In this document: one piece after another, positions 15,539-24,688 of the stretch
Position numbering within the stretch: the stretch's first letter is position 1
Layout of the letters: every line of letters starts with the position of its first letter
Assembly: GCA_964530795.1 (NCBI GenBank)
Contig: CAZHBX010000002.1
Location: forward strand, 28,719 to 92,718
Length of the DNA: 64,000 nucleotides
Direction of reading: 5' to 3'
Origin: an uncultured Ruminococcus sp.
GTDB lineage: Bacteria; Bacillota; Clostridia; Oscillospirales; CAG-382
Made by a program: the position numbers and the translations under genes
The notes under the pieces: generated by a model
Told to the model about the DNA's origin: nothing
Database searches by the model: none
What the model saw: the letters and a program-made list of their open reading frames with translations, nothing else

Positions 15539-17992
15539 ATGGAATTGCGAATCGCCCTTGCGGGCAACCCGAACTGCGGCAAAACGACGCTGTTCAACGC
15601 GCTGACCGGCTCGAACCAGTTCGTTGGCAACTGGCCGGGCGTGACGGTGGAAAAGAAGGAAGGCAAGCTCAAGAAGCACGACGGTGTGACGGTTACGGAC
15701 CTGCCGGGCATCTACTCGCTGTCCCCTTACACGCTCGAGGAGGTCGTCGCCCGGAATTACCTCATTGGCGAGCGGCCGGACGTGATCCTCAACATCATCG
15801 ACGGCACGAACCTTGAGCGGAACCTGTACCTGACGACGCAGTTGACGGAACTGGGCATCCCGGTCGTCATCGCGGTCAACATGATGGACGTCGTCGAAAA
15901 GAACGGCGATCACATCGACACAGAGGAACTGTCCCGCCAGCTCGGCTGCAAGGCCGTCTGCATCTCGGCGCTGAAGGGCACGGGGCTGATGGAAGCGGCG
16001 GAGGCCGCCATTCACGCGGCCGCGAACACAAAGACCGTCCCGCACCACACGTTTTCGGGCGCCGTGGAGCACGCCATCGCGCATATTGAGGAGGCCGCCG
16101 TGCATACCATGCCGGAGGAGCAGCAGCGCTGGTACGCGATCAAGATCTTCGAGCGGGACGAAAAGGTGCTCGAGCAGCTGAAGCTGCCGGAGACCACGCT
16201 TGCGCACATTGAATCCGACATCCAGGCGGCAGAGGAGGAGCTCGACGACGATGCGGAGAGCATCATCACCAACGAACGTTACATCTATATCGCTTCGCTC
16301 ATGAAGGCATGCTACCGCAAGAAGCGGGCCGGAATGCTGACGGTTTCGGATAAGATCGACAAGGTCGTCACCAACCGGTTTGCCGCCCTGCCGATCTTCG
16401 CGGTTATCATGTTCCTCGTCTACTATATCTCAGTTTCCACAGTCGGCACGGTCGTGACGGATTGGGCGAACGATGGGGTGTTTGGCGACGGCTGGCACCT
16501 GTTTGGCATCGGTTCTCGCGCCTATGATGATGCGATGAACGAATATGCGGAGGAAAACCTCTGGACAGATGAGATGTGGACCCTTGTGGATGCTGCCGCC
16601 AAAGCGGACGTCGTCGGCGCGGGTGATTTGCGAGACGCCATCGAGGACGTCAATTTCTCCGCGTTCGACGAGGCCTATGGCTCCTACGCGGACGCGCTCA
16701 CGGAAGCGGGATACGACATCTCCGGCATTTACGACGCGGCGCTTGGGGACGATGCCGAAGGAGTCCCCGCCCCGGAGGATTACCCGATCTGGGTGCCTGG
16801 CATCCCGGTGCTGGTAGAGCGCGGGCTTACCGCGGCGGGTACGCCGGAATGGCTGAACAGCCTGCTGCTCGACGGCATCATCGCCGGCGTCGGCGCCGTA
16901 CTCGGTTTCGTGCCGCAGATGGTCGTGCTGTTTCTGTTCCTCGCGTTTCTCGAGTCCTGTGGCTATATGGCTCGTGTCGCCTTCGTCATGGACCGCATCT
17001 TCCGGAAGTTCGGGCTGTCCGGCAAGTCGTTTATCCCGATGCTCATCGGCACCGGCTGCGGCGTGCCCGGGATTATGGCGTCGCGGACCATCGAAAACGA
17101 GCGCGATCGTCGGATGACCATTATGACCACGACGTTCATTCCGTGCGGCGCGAAACTGCCAATCATCGCGCTCATCGCGTCGGCGCTGTTCGGCGGCGCG
17201 TGGTGGGTCGCGCCCTCGGCGTACTTCGTCGGCGCGGCGGCGATCATCGTTTCCGGCATCATGCTCAAGAAGACCCGCCCGTTTTCCGGTGACCCGGCGC
17301 CGTTCGTCATGGAGTTGCCCGCATATCACTGGCCGACGGTCTCAAACCTGTTGCGGTCCATGTGGGAGCGCTGCTGGTCCTTCATCAAGAAAGCGGGGAC
17401 CATCATCCTGCTTTCTTCGCTGGTCATTTGGGCGGGGTCATCGTTCGGTGTGGTGGACGGCAGGTTCCTGTTTGACCCGGAGATGGAGCTGGAAAGCAGC
17501 GTCCTCGGCATCATTGGCAGCGCCATCTGCTGGATCTTTACTCCGCTTGGTTTTGGCAATATCAAAGCGACCATCGCGACGATCATGGGTCTGGTTGCGA
17601 AGGAAGAGGTCGTCGGCGTATTCGGCGTGCTGGACTTTGAAGGCATGACACCGCTTGCGGCCTACTCCTTCCTCGTGTTCAACCTGCTTTGCGCTCCCTG
17701 CTTTGCCGCCATTGGTGCAATCCGCCGGGAGATGAACAGCTGGAAGTGGACGCTGTTCGCGATCGGGTACCAGTGCGTATTTGCCTATGCGGTTTCGCTA
17801 ATGATCTACAACTTCGGGCTGCTGTTCACCGGAGGAATCACCTCCGCGCCGCAGGTCGTCGCGCTCATCGCGGCCCTGCTGGTACTGGCCGGCATCCTGT
17901 TCCAGCTGTTCCGCCCGTACCGCGAATCCAGTCGTCCGACTGTCAAGAAAACGGCTGTGTCGGAGGAAATCAAGGAAAAGACCAACGTATAA
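15539..17992 (+). CDS. feoB: ferrous iron transporter FeoB (long form)
   Basis: 817 aa. The G-domain has GNPNCGKTTLFNALTG, DLPGIYSL and NMMD. A polytopic membrane domain follows, with a large acidic loop insertion. Confidence 0.95.
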   Translation: MELRIALAGNPNCGKTTLFNALTGSNQFVGNWPGVTVEKKEGKLKKHDGVTVTDLPGIYSLSPYTLEEVVARNYLIGERPDVILNIIDGTNLERNLYLTTQLTELGIPVVIAVNMMDVVEKNGDHIDTEELSRQLGCKAVCISALKGTGLMEAAEAAIHAAANTKTVPHHTFSGAVEHAIAHIEEAAVHTMPEEQQRWYAIKIFERDEKVLEQLKLPETTLAHIESDIQAAEEELDDDAESIITNERYIYIASLMKACYRKKRAGMLTVSDKIDKVVTNRFAALPIFAVIMFLVYYISVSTVGTVVTDWANDGVFGDGWHLFGIGSRAYDDAMNEYAEENLWTDEMWTLVDAAAKADVVGAGDLRDAIEDVNFSAFDEAYGSYADALTEAGYDISGIYDAALGDDAEGVPAPEDYPIWVPGIPVLVERGLTAAGTPEWLNSLLLDGIIAGVGAVLGFVPQMVVLFLFLAFLESCGYMARVAFVMDRIFRKFGLSGKSFIPMLIGTGCGVPGIMASRTIENERDRRMTIMTTTFIPCGAKLPIIALIASALFGGAWWVAPSAYFVGAAAIIVSGIMLKKTRPFSGDPAPFVMELPAYHWPTVSNLLRSMWERCWSFIKKAGTIILLSSLVIWAGSSFGVVDGRFLFDPEMELESSVLGIIGSAICWIFTPLGFGNIKATIATIMGLVAKEEVVGVFGVLDFEGMTPLAAYSFLVFNLLCAPCFAAIGAIRREMNSWKWTLFAIGYQCVFAYAVSLMIYNFGLLFTGGITSAPQVVALIAALLVLAGILFQLFRPYRESSRPTVKKTAVSEEIKEKTNV

Positions 17993-18115
17993 CGAGGCCG
18001 ACGCAAGATTTTATGCCGGATCAGGCCGGTCAGCCGATTTCACAAAAATACCTGCTTCTCAGTTGTTTTTCGAGGGTTTCTCTTATGAAGAATTTCCGAA
18101 AGGAGGAGAGCATCC

Positions 18116-18304
18116 ATGCAATGGATTGCGGAGAACCTCGCGACGATCCTCATTTGTCTCGTGCTGGCGGGAATCGTATGCGCCATCATCGTCAGCATGG
18201 TGCGCAAGCGGAAGCGGGGCGGGTCCTGCGACGCCTGCGGGTCGTGCGGGTCCTGCCCGATGAGCGGCTCTTGTGACCGCAGGAAGGGAGGCGATCCGTC
18301 GTGA
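18116..18304 (+). CDS. FeoB-associated Cys-rich membrane protein
   Basis: 62 aa with one TM helix, then RKRKRGGSCDACGSCGSCPMSGSC. This is typical of the small protein found after feoB in Firmicutes. Confidence 0.75.
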   Translation: MQWIAENLATILICLVLAGIVCAIIVSMVRKRKRGGSCDACGSCGSCPMSGSCDRRKGGDPS

Positions 18305-18576
18305 CGCGGATTACGCTGCAAATCGACGGGATGATGTGTGAGATGTGCGAATCCCACGTCAACGACGTGATCCGCCGGAACTTCCAGGTGAAAAAGGTTA
18401 CGTCCTCCCACGCGAAGGGAACCTGCGTCCTGCTGACGGCGAAGGACATTCCTGACGACGCGCTGCGCGGAGCGATCGAACCGACCGGCTACCGCGTGCT
18501 CGCCGTTCACCGGGAGGAAGCGGGCAAAAAAACGTCGGAAAAGAAAGGATTTTTTTCCTTCCCGCACCGCTCGTGA
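18301..18576 (+). CDS. heavy-metal-associated (HMA, CopZ-like) domain protein
   Basis: 91 aa with a GTG start overlapping the previous stop. The metal-binding motif is GMMCEMC within a ferredoxin-like domain. Confidence 0.7.
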   Translation: MTRITLQIDGMMCEMCESHVNDVIRRNFQVKKVTSSHAKGTCVLLTAKDIPDDALRGAIEPTGYRVLAVHREEAGKKTSEKKGFFSFPHRS

Positions 18577-18593
18577 GGGTTTTAACGGCAAAA

Positions 18594-18620
18594 GGGCCGA
18601 CGGGGAATCCCCGTCGGCCC
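18594..18620. terminator. GC-rich hairpin after the feo operon
   Basis: GGGCCGACGGGG-aat-CCCCGTCGGCCC (12-bp perfect stem). The T-run lies on the minus-strand side only, so its terminator function on the plus strand is uncertain. Confidence 0.4.
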
Positions 18621-18698
18621 GGATTGTCGAGAACCTCTTTTTTGCACGGGCATGGAGGTGTTCGCATATGCTGGAAAAGGAAAGGAAGGAATCGATTG

Positions 18699-19442
18699 AT
18701 GGCAGAACTTTTTTTAAGCCCGTCCACACAGGAATACAATCTTTATTATGACAACAGCGGTAGCGAGGAGTATTACATGAATCAGATCGCTGACGCGATG
18801 GAACCCTACCTGACCGCTTCCGGCATTCCCTTTACCCGCAACGACCCGAGCGGCACGGTAGGCAATTCCGTCCGCCAGTCGAACGCGGGCAATTACACCC
18901 TGCATCTGGCCCTGCATTCAAACGCTTCCGGCTCCGCCAATCCCGGTTCGCAGCAGGGAACTGACGTCTACTACTATGCCACCAGCACCCGCGGTAAGCA
19001 GGCCGCCGAGCTGTTCGCGCAGAACCTGCGGGATATTTACCCGACCCCGTCTCGCGTCCGGGCGGTTCCGACGACGTCGCTCTACGAGCTGCGCAACACC
19101 CGCGCTCCCGCCATTCTTATTGAGCTCGCTTACCACGATAACCCCGCTGACGCAGAATGGATCAAGTCCAACATCAAGCGGATTGCCCGTAACCTCTCCC
19201 TGTCGGTCGCGGAGTATTTCGGCGTGCCGTTGGTCGATCCGGAACCGCTGCAGACCGGTGTGGTGCGCACGGAGGGCGGACGGCTTAACATTCGCAGCCA
19301 GCCCAACACATCCTCGCAGGTCCTTGGGCAGATTCCGAATGGCACCGAGGTGACGGTCACCGGGCAGGACGGCAACTGGTACGTCGTGCAGTACAACGGG
19401 ATTACCGGTTATGTATTCGGGCAGTATCTGGTATTACAGTAA
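18699..19442 (+). CDS. N-acetylmuramoyl-L-alanine amidase (Amidase_3-like) with C-terminal SH3b domain
   Basis: 247 aa from ATG 18699. Family motifs: LSPSTQEYN, YYMNQIADAMEPYL, LHLALHSNA, APAILIELAYHDNP. The SH3b domain is GVVRTEGGRLNIRSQPNTSSQVLGQIPNGTEV. Confidence 0.8.
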   Translation: MAELFLSPSTQEYNLYYDNSGSEEYYMNQIADAMEPYLTASGIPFTRNDPSGTVGNSVRQSNAGNYTLHLALHSNASGSANPGSQQGTDVYYYATSTRGKQAAELFAQNLRDIYPTPSRVRAVPTTSLYELRNTRAPAILIELAYHDNPADAEWIKSNIKRIARNLSLSVAEYFGVPLVDPEPLQTGVVRTEGGRLNIRSQPNTSSQVLGQIPNGTEVTVTGQDGNWYVVQYNGITGYVFGQYLVLQ

Positions 19443-19590
19443 TGCGTACCGTCATTGGCAAGGCGCAAGGGTTTTGAAGGATTTCTTCCGGAAACCTTGC
19501 ACTTGAACAAAGTCGTCGCGTCTTAAAATCCTTGGCTTTCAGGGCTTCCGGGTTTGTTCAGTACGCATTAAAGCAAGAGCCGTTTTGCGA

Positions 19591-19617
19591 AGCGCCCCCT
19601 GTACGGGGCGCTTTTTG
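19591..19617 (+). terminator. intrinsic terminator
   Basis: AGCGCCCC-ctgtac-GGGGCGCT followed by TTTTG. Confidence 0.6.
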
Positions 19618-19650
19618 CGTGGAGGATTTTACATTTTTTTTACATTTTTC

Positions 19651-19672
19651 GGGGATATATTGGGGATATATT
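19651..19672. repeat. tandem duplication GGGGATATATT x2 (adjacent to TTTTACATTTTT x2)
   Basis: Read directly from the sequence, upstream of the lysin promoter. Confidence 0.6.
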
Positions 19673-19685
19673 CGCTTGTCGATGG

Positions 19686-19715
19686 TTGACACCGCACGTC
19701 GAAATATGCTATACT
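19686..19715 (+). promoter_or_regulatory. extended -10 sigma-A promoter of the GH25 lysin gene
   Basis: TTGACA, 18 nt, TGcTATACT. Confidence 0.55.
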
Positions 19716-19750
19716 GAATACATAAAGGCTTTGACGGGAGGCGAATTCGG

Positions 19751-21907
19751 GTGAAAAAACGAATTTTGTGTGGAATCCTTGCGATGGTGCTGCTGGCGGG
19801 GCTGCTCCCGCTCACCGCGCTCGCGTTCGGGCATTCGGCGACGGTTCCGTTGCCGGACGGGTTATATAAGTCTTGGAAACAGACGGATGAACGCTGGCGG
19901 GATCTAGTCATCGGCAAGGACCCGTGGATAGATGGCGCCGGCAACCGGCACGAGGACGAGACGATGGGTCACGCGGGGTGCCTGATCACCTCCATGGCAA
20001 TCCTGTCCCGCGCCTACGGGATGACGCTCGCGAACGGCAAGGAGATCACGCCGCTTACCCTCGGGAGCACGATGTACGACGGCGGGAGCTGCAAGTATCT
20101 CAATGAGCGCGGGGGCGCAAAATACGATACCGCCTTCGACGAGCTAATTCCGGGCGTGCGGTACGTTGACTTTGAGCAGCCGGAAAATCCGGAGAACCGC
20201 ATTACGCAATTGTTGTCTGATTCAAGCAAGGAATATATTATCATCATTGGTGTCAACGGCGGAAATCATTACGTGGCGGCGGACTATGTAGAAGACGGGC
20301 AGGTACATATTTGCGATCCCGGTTACAAGAATCGCACGCTGCTTTCGGTTTACAGCGTCTTTTGCCTTTTGGTCTATACGGTGGACGAGCAGTACGTTGA
20401 CCCGGGCGCTTCTCCGCCGGAAACTACGCTTTACACCGTTATTGAGCGGGCCGGTGTGCGGGTCCGCGCGAAGCCCGGCGTAGGGACGGACAACCCGCCG
20501 CTCTTTACATACCCCTACGGCACGCAGTTTGAGTTGCTGGACACGGCGGAGGCGGACGGTTACCTCTGGGGCAAAACCATCGACGGCTGGTGCGCGCTGC
20601 GAATGCTGAATGGGGATGAGGTCTATTGCGTCCCGGTTTCACCGTCCGAGCAGTACACCGTGACCTACCATACCAACGGCGGGACCGGCGGCCCCTCGGC
20701 GCAGCAGAAGGCGGCGGGAACGGACCTGCAGCTCTCATCTGTCGTCCCGATCAAAGAGGGGTACCGGTTCCTCGGCTGGTCGCCGGATCCGTCCGCGGTT
20801 TCGGCGGACTACGTGCCGGGCGACTGGTATCGCGCGGACGCGTCGATAGCGCTATATGCGGTGTGGATGCCAGAAAGCGACCTGTTTGGCTTTGGAATCG
20901 ACGTTTCCTCCTATCAGGGGGACGTGGATTGGCAGAAAGTCGCTTCCGACGGGATCAGCTTCGTCATTCTGCGGGCGGGAACGTCTAAGGACAAGGACGA
21001 AAAGTTTGAAGAGAATTACCGCGAAGCGAAGGCGGCGGGGCTGCACGTCGGCAGCTATTTCTTTTCCTACGCCCTGACGGAGGCTGAAATCAAAAAGGAC
21101 GCCGAGAATTTCTGCTCGTGGCTTGATGGAAAGACCTTTGACATGCCCGTCTATCTGGATCTGGAAACCGATGAGCAGGCAACGCTTTCGTCGGAAAAAC
21201 TGGTGCAGCTGGCGCTGCATTTCCAGGCGGCGATGGAGGATGCGGGGCTGTTCTGCGGGGTGTACAGCAGTTTCTCGTGGTTTCGCACGCATCTGGACGG
21301 CGACCGTCTTGGCGGTCGGGAACACCTTTGGGTTGCGAAGTGGACCGCGAGCGGGACGCTCTCCCAGAATCTGAGCCGGGATTATGGGCTTTACCAGTAT
21401 TCCGACAAGGGCCACGTCGATGGGGTCTCGACGGTTGTGGATCTGAATGTCTCCTACGTCGATTACCCGAATCTTCTGACAAATTGGCAGCAGCACCGTC
21501 CGGTCGAGCCGGTGCCGCTGCCGGATTCCGGGCTGGAACTGCGCGAAGGCGTCGTGTTTGGCGGGAAGATCGGAATGTCCGCGCAGGAATGGGGCGAGCT
21601 GTTCCAAGGAACGGTGCGGTTCCGAAATGCGGACGGTACGTTAATGGAACCGGAGGAGATCGTCTACACCGGCTGCGCGGTGGAGTGCGGAGGCAGGGCT
21701 TTCCCGATCGGCGTGCGCGGGGACGTGTCCGGCGACGGCGAAGTGAACGCGATGGACTACCTGCTGGTCAAGCGGAACGTATTAGGTACCTTCCCGTTGG
21801 AGGGGGCCGCCTATTACGCAGGTCGTTTGAGCGGGCAGGATCTTGGCGCGGCGGATTATCTGTTGCTGAAACGGCATGTACTCGGGACATTCAGCTTGTA
21901 CGGGTAA
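19751..21907 (+). CDS. secreted modular cell-wall hydrolase: C39-like peptidase + SH3b + Listeria/Bacteroides B-repeat + GH25 muramidase + dockerin-like module
   Basis: 718 aa with a GTG start and RBS GGGAGG, plus a signal peptide. Domain evidence: Cys/His pair (GHAGCLITSMA / GNHYVAADY); B-repeat YTVTYHTNGG..GYRFLGWS..LYAVW; GH25 GIDVSSYQGDVDWQKV..FVILRAG; dockerin GDVSGDGEVNAMDYLLVKRNVLG plus a degenerate second repeat. Confidence 0.8.
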   Translation: MKKRILCGILAMVLLAGLLPLTALAFGHSATVPLPDGLYKSWKQTDERWRDLVIGKDPWIDGAGNRHEDETMGHAGCLITSMAILSRAYGMTLANGKEITPLTLGSTMYDGGSCKYLNERGGAKYDTAFDELIPGVRYVDFEQPENPENRITQLLSDSSKEYIIIIGVNGGNHYVAADYVEDGQVHICDPGYKNRTLLSVYSVFCLLVYTVDEQYVDPGASPPETTLYTVIERAGVRVRAKPGVGTDNPPLFTYPYGTQFELLDTAEADGYLWGKTIDGWCALRMLNGDEVYCVPVSPSEQYTVTYHTNGGTGGPSAQQKAAGTDLQLSSVVPIKEGYRFLGWSPDPSAVSADYVPGDWYRADASIALYAVWMPESDLFGFGIDVSSYQGDVDWQKVASDGISFVILRAGTSKDKDEKFEENYREAKAAGLHVGSYFFSYALTEAEIKKDAENFCSWLDGKTFDMPVYLDLETDEQATLSSEKLVQLALHFQAAMEDAGLFCGVYSSFSWFRTHLDGDRLGGREHLWVAKWTASGTLSQNLSRDYGLYQYSDKGHVDGVSTVVDLNVSYVDYPNLLTNWQQHRPVEPVPLPDSGLELREGVVFGGKIGMSAQEWGELFQGTVRFRNADGTLMEPEEIVYTGCAVECGGRAFPIGVRGDVSGDGEVNAMDYLLVKRNVLGTFPLEGAAYYAGRLSGQDLGAADYLLLKRHVLGTFSLYG

Positions 21908-21914
21908 AAAAGGC

Positions 21915-21951
21915 AAGCGCAGGGTTTTCGGTCGAAAACTCCTGCGCTTTT
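21915..21951 (+). terminator. intrinsic terminator of the lysin gene
   Basis: AAGCGCAGGGTTTTC-ggtc-GAAAACTCCTGCGCTT followed by TTC. Confidence 0.65.
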
Positions 21952-21956
21952 CATTG

Positions 21957-21989
21957 GAAAAGCCCGCCTCTGCATATCCGGGGCGGGCT
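21957..21989 (-). terminator. intrinsic terminator of tsf
   Basis: On the minus strand: AGCCCGCC-loop-GGCGGGCT followed by TTTTCC. Confidence 0.6.
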
Positions 21990-22012
21990 CGCCTGATTCG
22001 GTTTTGCGCAAA

Positions 22013-22942
22013 TTATTCGCCTTTGACGAGCTTTTCGATTTCGCCCGCGAAGTCGTCCTCGCGCTTCTCGAGGCCCTCACCACGTTCGTACTTGACGAAC
22101 GAACGGATCGCGAGCTTGCCGCCGAGCGCCTTGCCGGTCGCTTCGGTGTACTGCGAAACAGTCATCTTGTCCTCCTTGACGTAATCCTGGTCAAGCAGGC
22201 AGGCGGTCTCGTAGAACTTGTTGAGACGGCCCTCGATCATCTTTTCCTTAATGGCTTCCGGCTTGGAAGAGTTCTTCGGATCGTTATTGATCTGGGTCAG
22301 GGCAATCTCCTTTTCGTTCGCCAGAACGTCCTCCGGGACGCAGCGGCGGCAGACGTAAGTCGGGTTCATCGCAACGATCTGCATACAGATGTTCTGCGCA
22401 TATTCCGCAAACGCCGGGTTATTCGCGACTGCTTCGTCCGCGTCGAACTTCGCAATGCAGGCGGACGAACCGCCGCCATGGACGTACGTGCCGGTCAGGC
22501 CTTCGACGATGACGAACCGGCGAATGGACATATTTTCGCCGATGGTGAAGATCTTGTCCTTCAACGCCGCGTCGACTGTCATTTCGCCGCCGTCGAACGG
22601 GAGTGCGAGAAGGGCCGCAATGTCGGCGGGCTTGTTGGCGACGATGGTCCGCAGAACGCCTTGAACGAATTCACGGAAGGTCGCGTTCTTCGCGACAAAA
22701 TCGGTTTCCGCGTTGACTTCAACCATCGCGGTCACGCCGTTGGCGGTCAGGACGTCAACGACGCCTTCTGCCGCGATGCGATCCGCCTTCTTCGCAGCAA
22801 CCGAAAGCCCTTTCTCGCGAAGCACCTTAATTGCTTCGTCAAAATCGCCGTTTGCGGCGACGAGCGCCTTCTTACATTCCATCATCCCCGCGCCGGTCTT
22901 TTTGCGCAGGTCCATTACCATTTTTGCAGAAATTTCTGCCAT
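22013..22942 (-). CDS. tsf: translation elongation factor Ts
   Basis: 309 aa. MAEISAKMVMDLRKKTGAGMMECKKAL is the canonical EF-Ts N-terminus. Confidence 0.97.
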   Translation of the reverse strand: MAEISAKMVMDLRKKTGAGMMECKKALVAANGDFDEAIKVLREKGLSVAAKKADRIAAEGVVDVLTANGVTAMVEVNAETDFVAKNATFREFVQGVLRTIVANKPADIAALLALPFDGGEMTVDAALKDKIFTIGENMSIRRFVIVEGLTGTYVHGGGSSACIAKFDADEAVANNPAFAEYAQNICMQIVAMNPTYVCRRCVPEDVLANEKEIALTQINNDPKNSSKPEAIKEKMIEGRLNKFYETACLLDQDYVKEDKMTVSQYTEATGKALGGKLAIRSFVKYERGEGLEKREDDFAGEIEKLVKGE

Positions 22943-22976
22943 TTTCTGATTCCTCCTTACCTATGATCCGTCCCGG

Positions 22977-23711
22977 TCACTCCGCGGTCGGGGCGGGAGC
23001 GGCTTCCTCCGTCGAATCGGTGAACTGTTCGCCCTGACGGCCTTCCAGCACTGCGTCCGCCATGACGGACGCGATCAGCTTGATAGCGCGAATTGCGTCG
23101 TCGTTGCCGGGGATGACCACGTCGATGACGTCCGGGTCACAGTTGGTGTCCACGATCGCGATGACCGGGATGCCCAACTTCCGCGCTTCCTCGACGGCGT
23201 TGGTCTCCTTCTTCGGGTCAACCACAAAGATCGCCGAGGGGAGGGTTTTCATGCTCTTGATCCCGCCAAGGTTCTTTTCGAGGTCGTTGGTCTGCTTCTG
23301 CAACGCGGCGACTTCCTTCTTCGGCAACAGGTCGTATGTGCCGTCCTCCGCCATCTTCTGGAGGTTGTTGAGCTTGGCGATGGACTTCTTGATGGTCTTG
23401 AAGTTGGTCATCATGCCGCCCAGCCAGCGGGTGTTGACATAGAACTGCTCGCACCGCAGCGCCTCCTCACGGATGGCGTCCTGCGCCTGCTTCTTCGTCC
23501 CGACGAACAGAATGCTCCCGCCGTCCGCAGCGATCTGGCGCACGAACATGTACGCCTCTTCGATCTTCTTGACGGTCTTTTGCAGGTCGATGATATAAAT
23601 CCCGTTTCGTTCGGTGAAGATATACTCCGCCATTTTTGGGTTCCACCGTCTGGTCGGATGACCGAAGTGGACGCCTGCTTCGAGAAGTTGCTTCATGGAT
23701 ACGACAGACAT
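22977..23711 (-). CDS. rpsB: 30S ribosomal protein S2
   Basis: 244 aa from ATG 23711 ([27 protein letters not shown]), with RBS AAGGAGA. The longer ORF-track start at 23888 is rejected. Confidence 0.95.
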   Translation of the reverse strand: MSVVSMKQLLEAGVHFGHPTRRWNPKMAEYIFTERNGIYIIDLQKTVKKIEEAYMFVRQIAADGGSILFVGTKKQAQDAIREEALRCEQFYVNTRWLGGMMTNFKTIKKSIAKLNNLQKMAEDGTYDLLPKKEVAALQKQTNDLEKNLGGIKSMKTLPSAIFVVDPKKETNAVEEARKLGIPVIAIVDTNCDPDVIDVVIPGNDDAIRAIKLIASVMADAVLEGRQGEQFTDSTEEAAPAPTAE

Positions 23712-23847
23712 GGTCTTTCTCCTTACTTTCGGGTTTGTCCCGCCACCGTTTTGGAATTTACGTCCCGTTTTTCCGGTTGCCCAGACCCGAACCGCGGACG
23801 CAGAACGGTGTGTGTACTTCATACGTCCTTTTTGGACGCACCGTATA

Positions 23848-23876
23848 AGTATATCATATTTTTCCGGCGATTGCAA
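23848..23876 (-). promoter_or_regulatory. sigma-A type promoter of rpsB-tsf
   Basis: On the minus strand: TTGCAA, 17 nt, TATACT, about 135 nt upstream of the rpsB ATG. Confidence 0.55.
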
Positions 23877-23926
23877 GGGGTTTCGCAAATTTTTTGCCGA
23901 TTTTCTTCTTCCTTTGGTTTCCCCGC

Positions 23927-23955
23927 TTGACTTTTTCCGGCCGGTGTGCTATACT
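23927..23955 (+). promoter_or_regulatory. extended -10 promoter of the DUF4288-like gene
   Basis: TTGACT, 17 nt, TGcTATACT. Confidence 0.55.
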
Positions 23956-23982
23956 GTGGGCGGAAAGGAAGGGACCGACGGG

Positions 23983-24351
23983 ATGGAGCAAAAGAGATAC
24001 AGCGTCAAGTGCATGTTTCAAACGACCTATTATGCCATGGGCGGACGGCAGCTGCCTCGAGTGAGCTGGGTGGAGCGGATGTTCTACCTGCGCGCGTCGG
24101 ACCTGGAGGATTCCTACCGTCGCGCAGAGGAGCTCGCGCTTGAGTACGAATGCGATTACACCAACGAGGAGCACCAGTTCGTCTGCTGCCGGCTGTACGA
24201 GATCTCGGATAGCTGCGAGATCCTGTGCGACCGTTTGCAGAGTGGCACGGAGATCTACACGAACTTCTTCGACGCGTCCGAGGAGGAGGTCGAGGCGATT
24301 CTGCGCTGTCAGTTCGGCGAAAAGGGAGCCCCGACGGACAACGTCAGCTGA
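23983..24351 (+). CDS. DUF4288-like protein, function unknown
   Basis: 122 aa from ATG 23983, with RBS GGAAAGGAAGGGA. The pattern Y.VK..F...//..A.S.E..Y..AE..A...E..Y.N//GTEIY..F resembles DUF4288 (family recalled from memory). Confidence 0.5.
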   Translation: MEQKRYSVKCMFQTTYYAMGGRQLPRVSWVERMFYLRASDLEDSYRRAEELALEYECDYTNEEHQFVCCRLYEISDSCEILCDRLQSGTEIYTNFFDASEEEVEAILRCQFGEKGAPTDNVS

Positions 24352-24364
24352 CAGAAGGCGGAAA

Positions 24365-24610
24365 ATGGACAGGGAAACGAAGGTCCTTGCCGGAATCCGG
24401 CTGATCCTCTCGATTGCGGTCCTCGTTTTGGCGCTCTTACAGCTGTTTGGCGTCTGGGCGGACGCGGGGAACGCTTATGTGCCGCTGGTCGGACTGCTGA
24501 TGGTCGTGCAGGCGGCCGCGTATTGGGGGAAGAGTAGGACGGTCGCGCTTGTTTCGCTCGCGGCGGCGATCTTCATTCTTGCCGTGACGCTCGCCGTGGT
24601 TTTCCTTTAG
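24365..24610 (+). CDS. small membrane protein (about 3 TM), function unknown
   Basis: 81 aa from ATG 24365. It has hydrophobic segments and lies 13 nt after the previous stop. Confidence 0.5.
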   Translation: MDRETKVLAGIRLILSIAVLVLALLQLFGVWADAGNAYVPLVGLLMVVQAAAYWGKSRTVALVSLAAAIFILAVTLAVVFL

Positions 24611-24616
24611 CAGAAC

Positions 24617-24661
24617 GAAAAAGAGCCGGCGCGGTACCACGGCCCCGCGCCGGTTCTTTTT
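24617..24661. terminator. bidirectional intrinsic terminator between convergent genes
   Basis: AAAAAG-GAGCCGGCGCGG-loop-CCGCGCCGGTTC-TTTTT. Confidence 0.7.
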
Positions 24662-24688
24662 CGCTGTAAACGATACGGAAGTATATGG

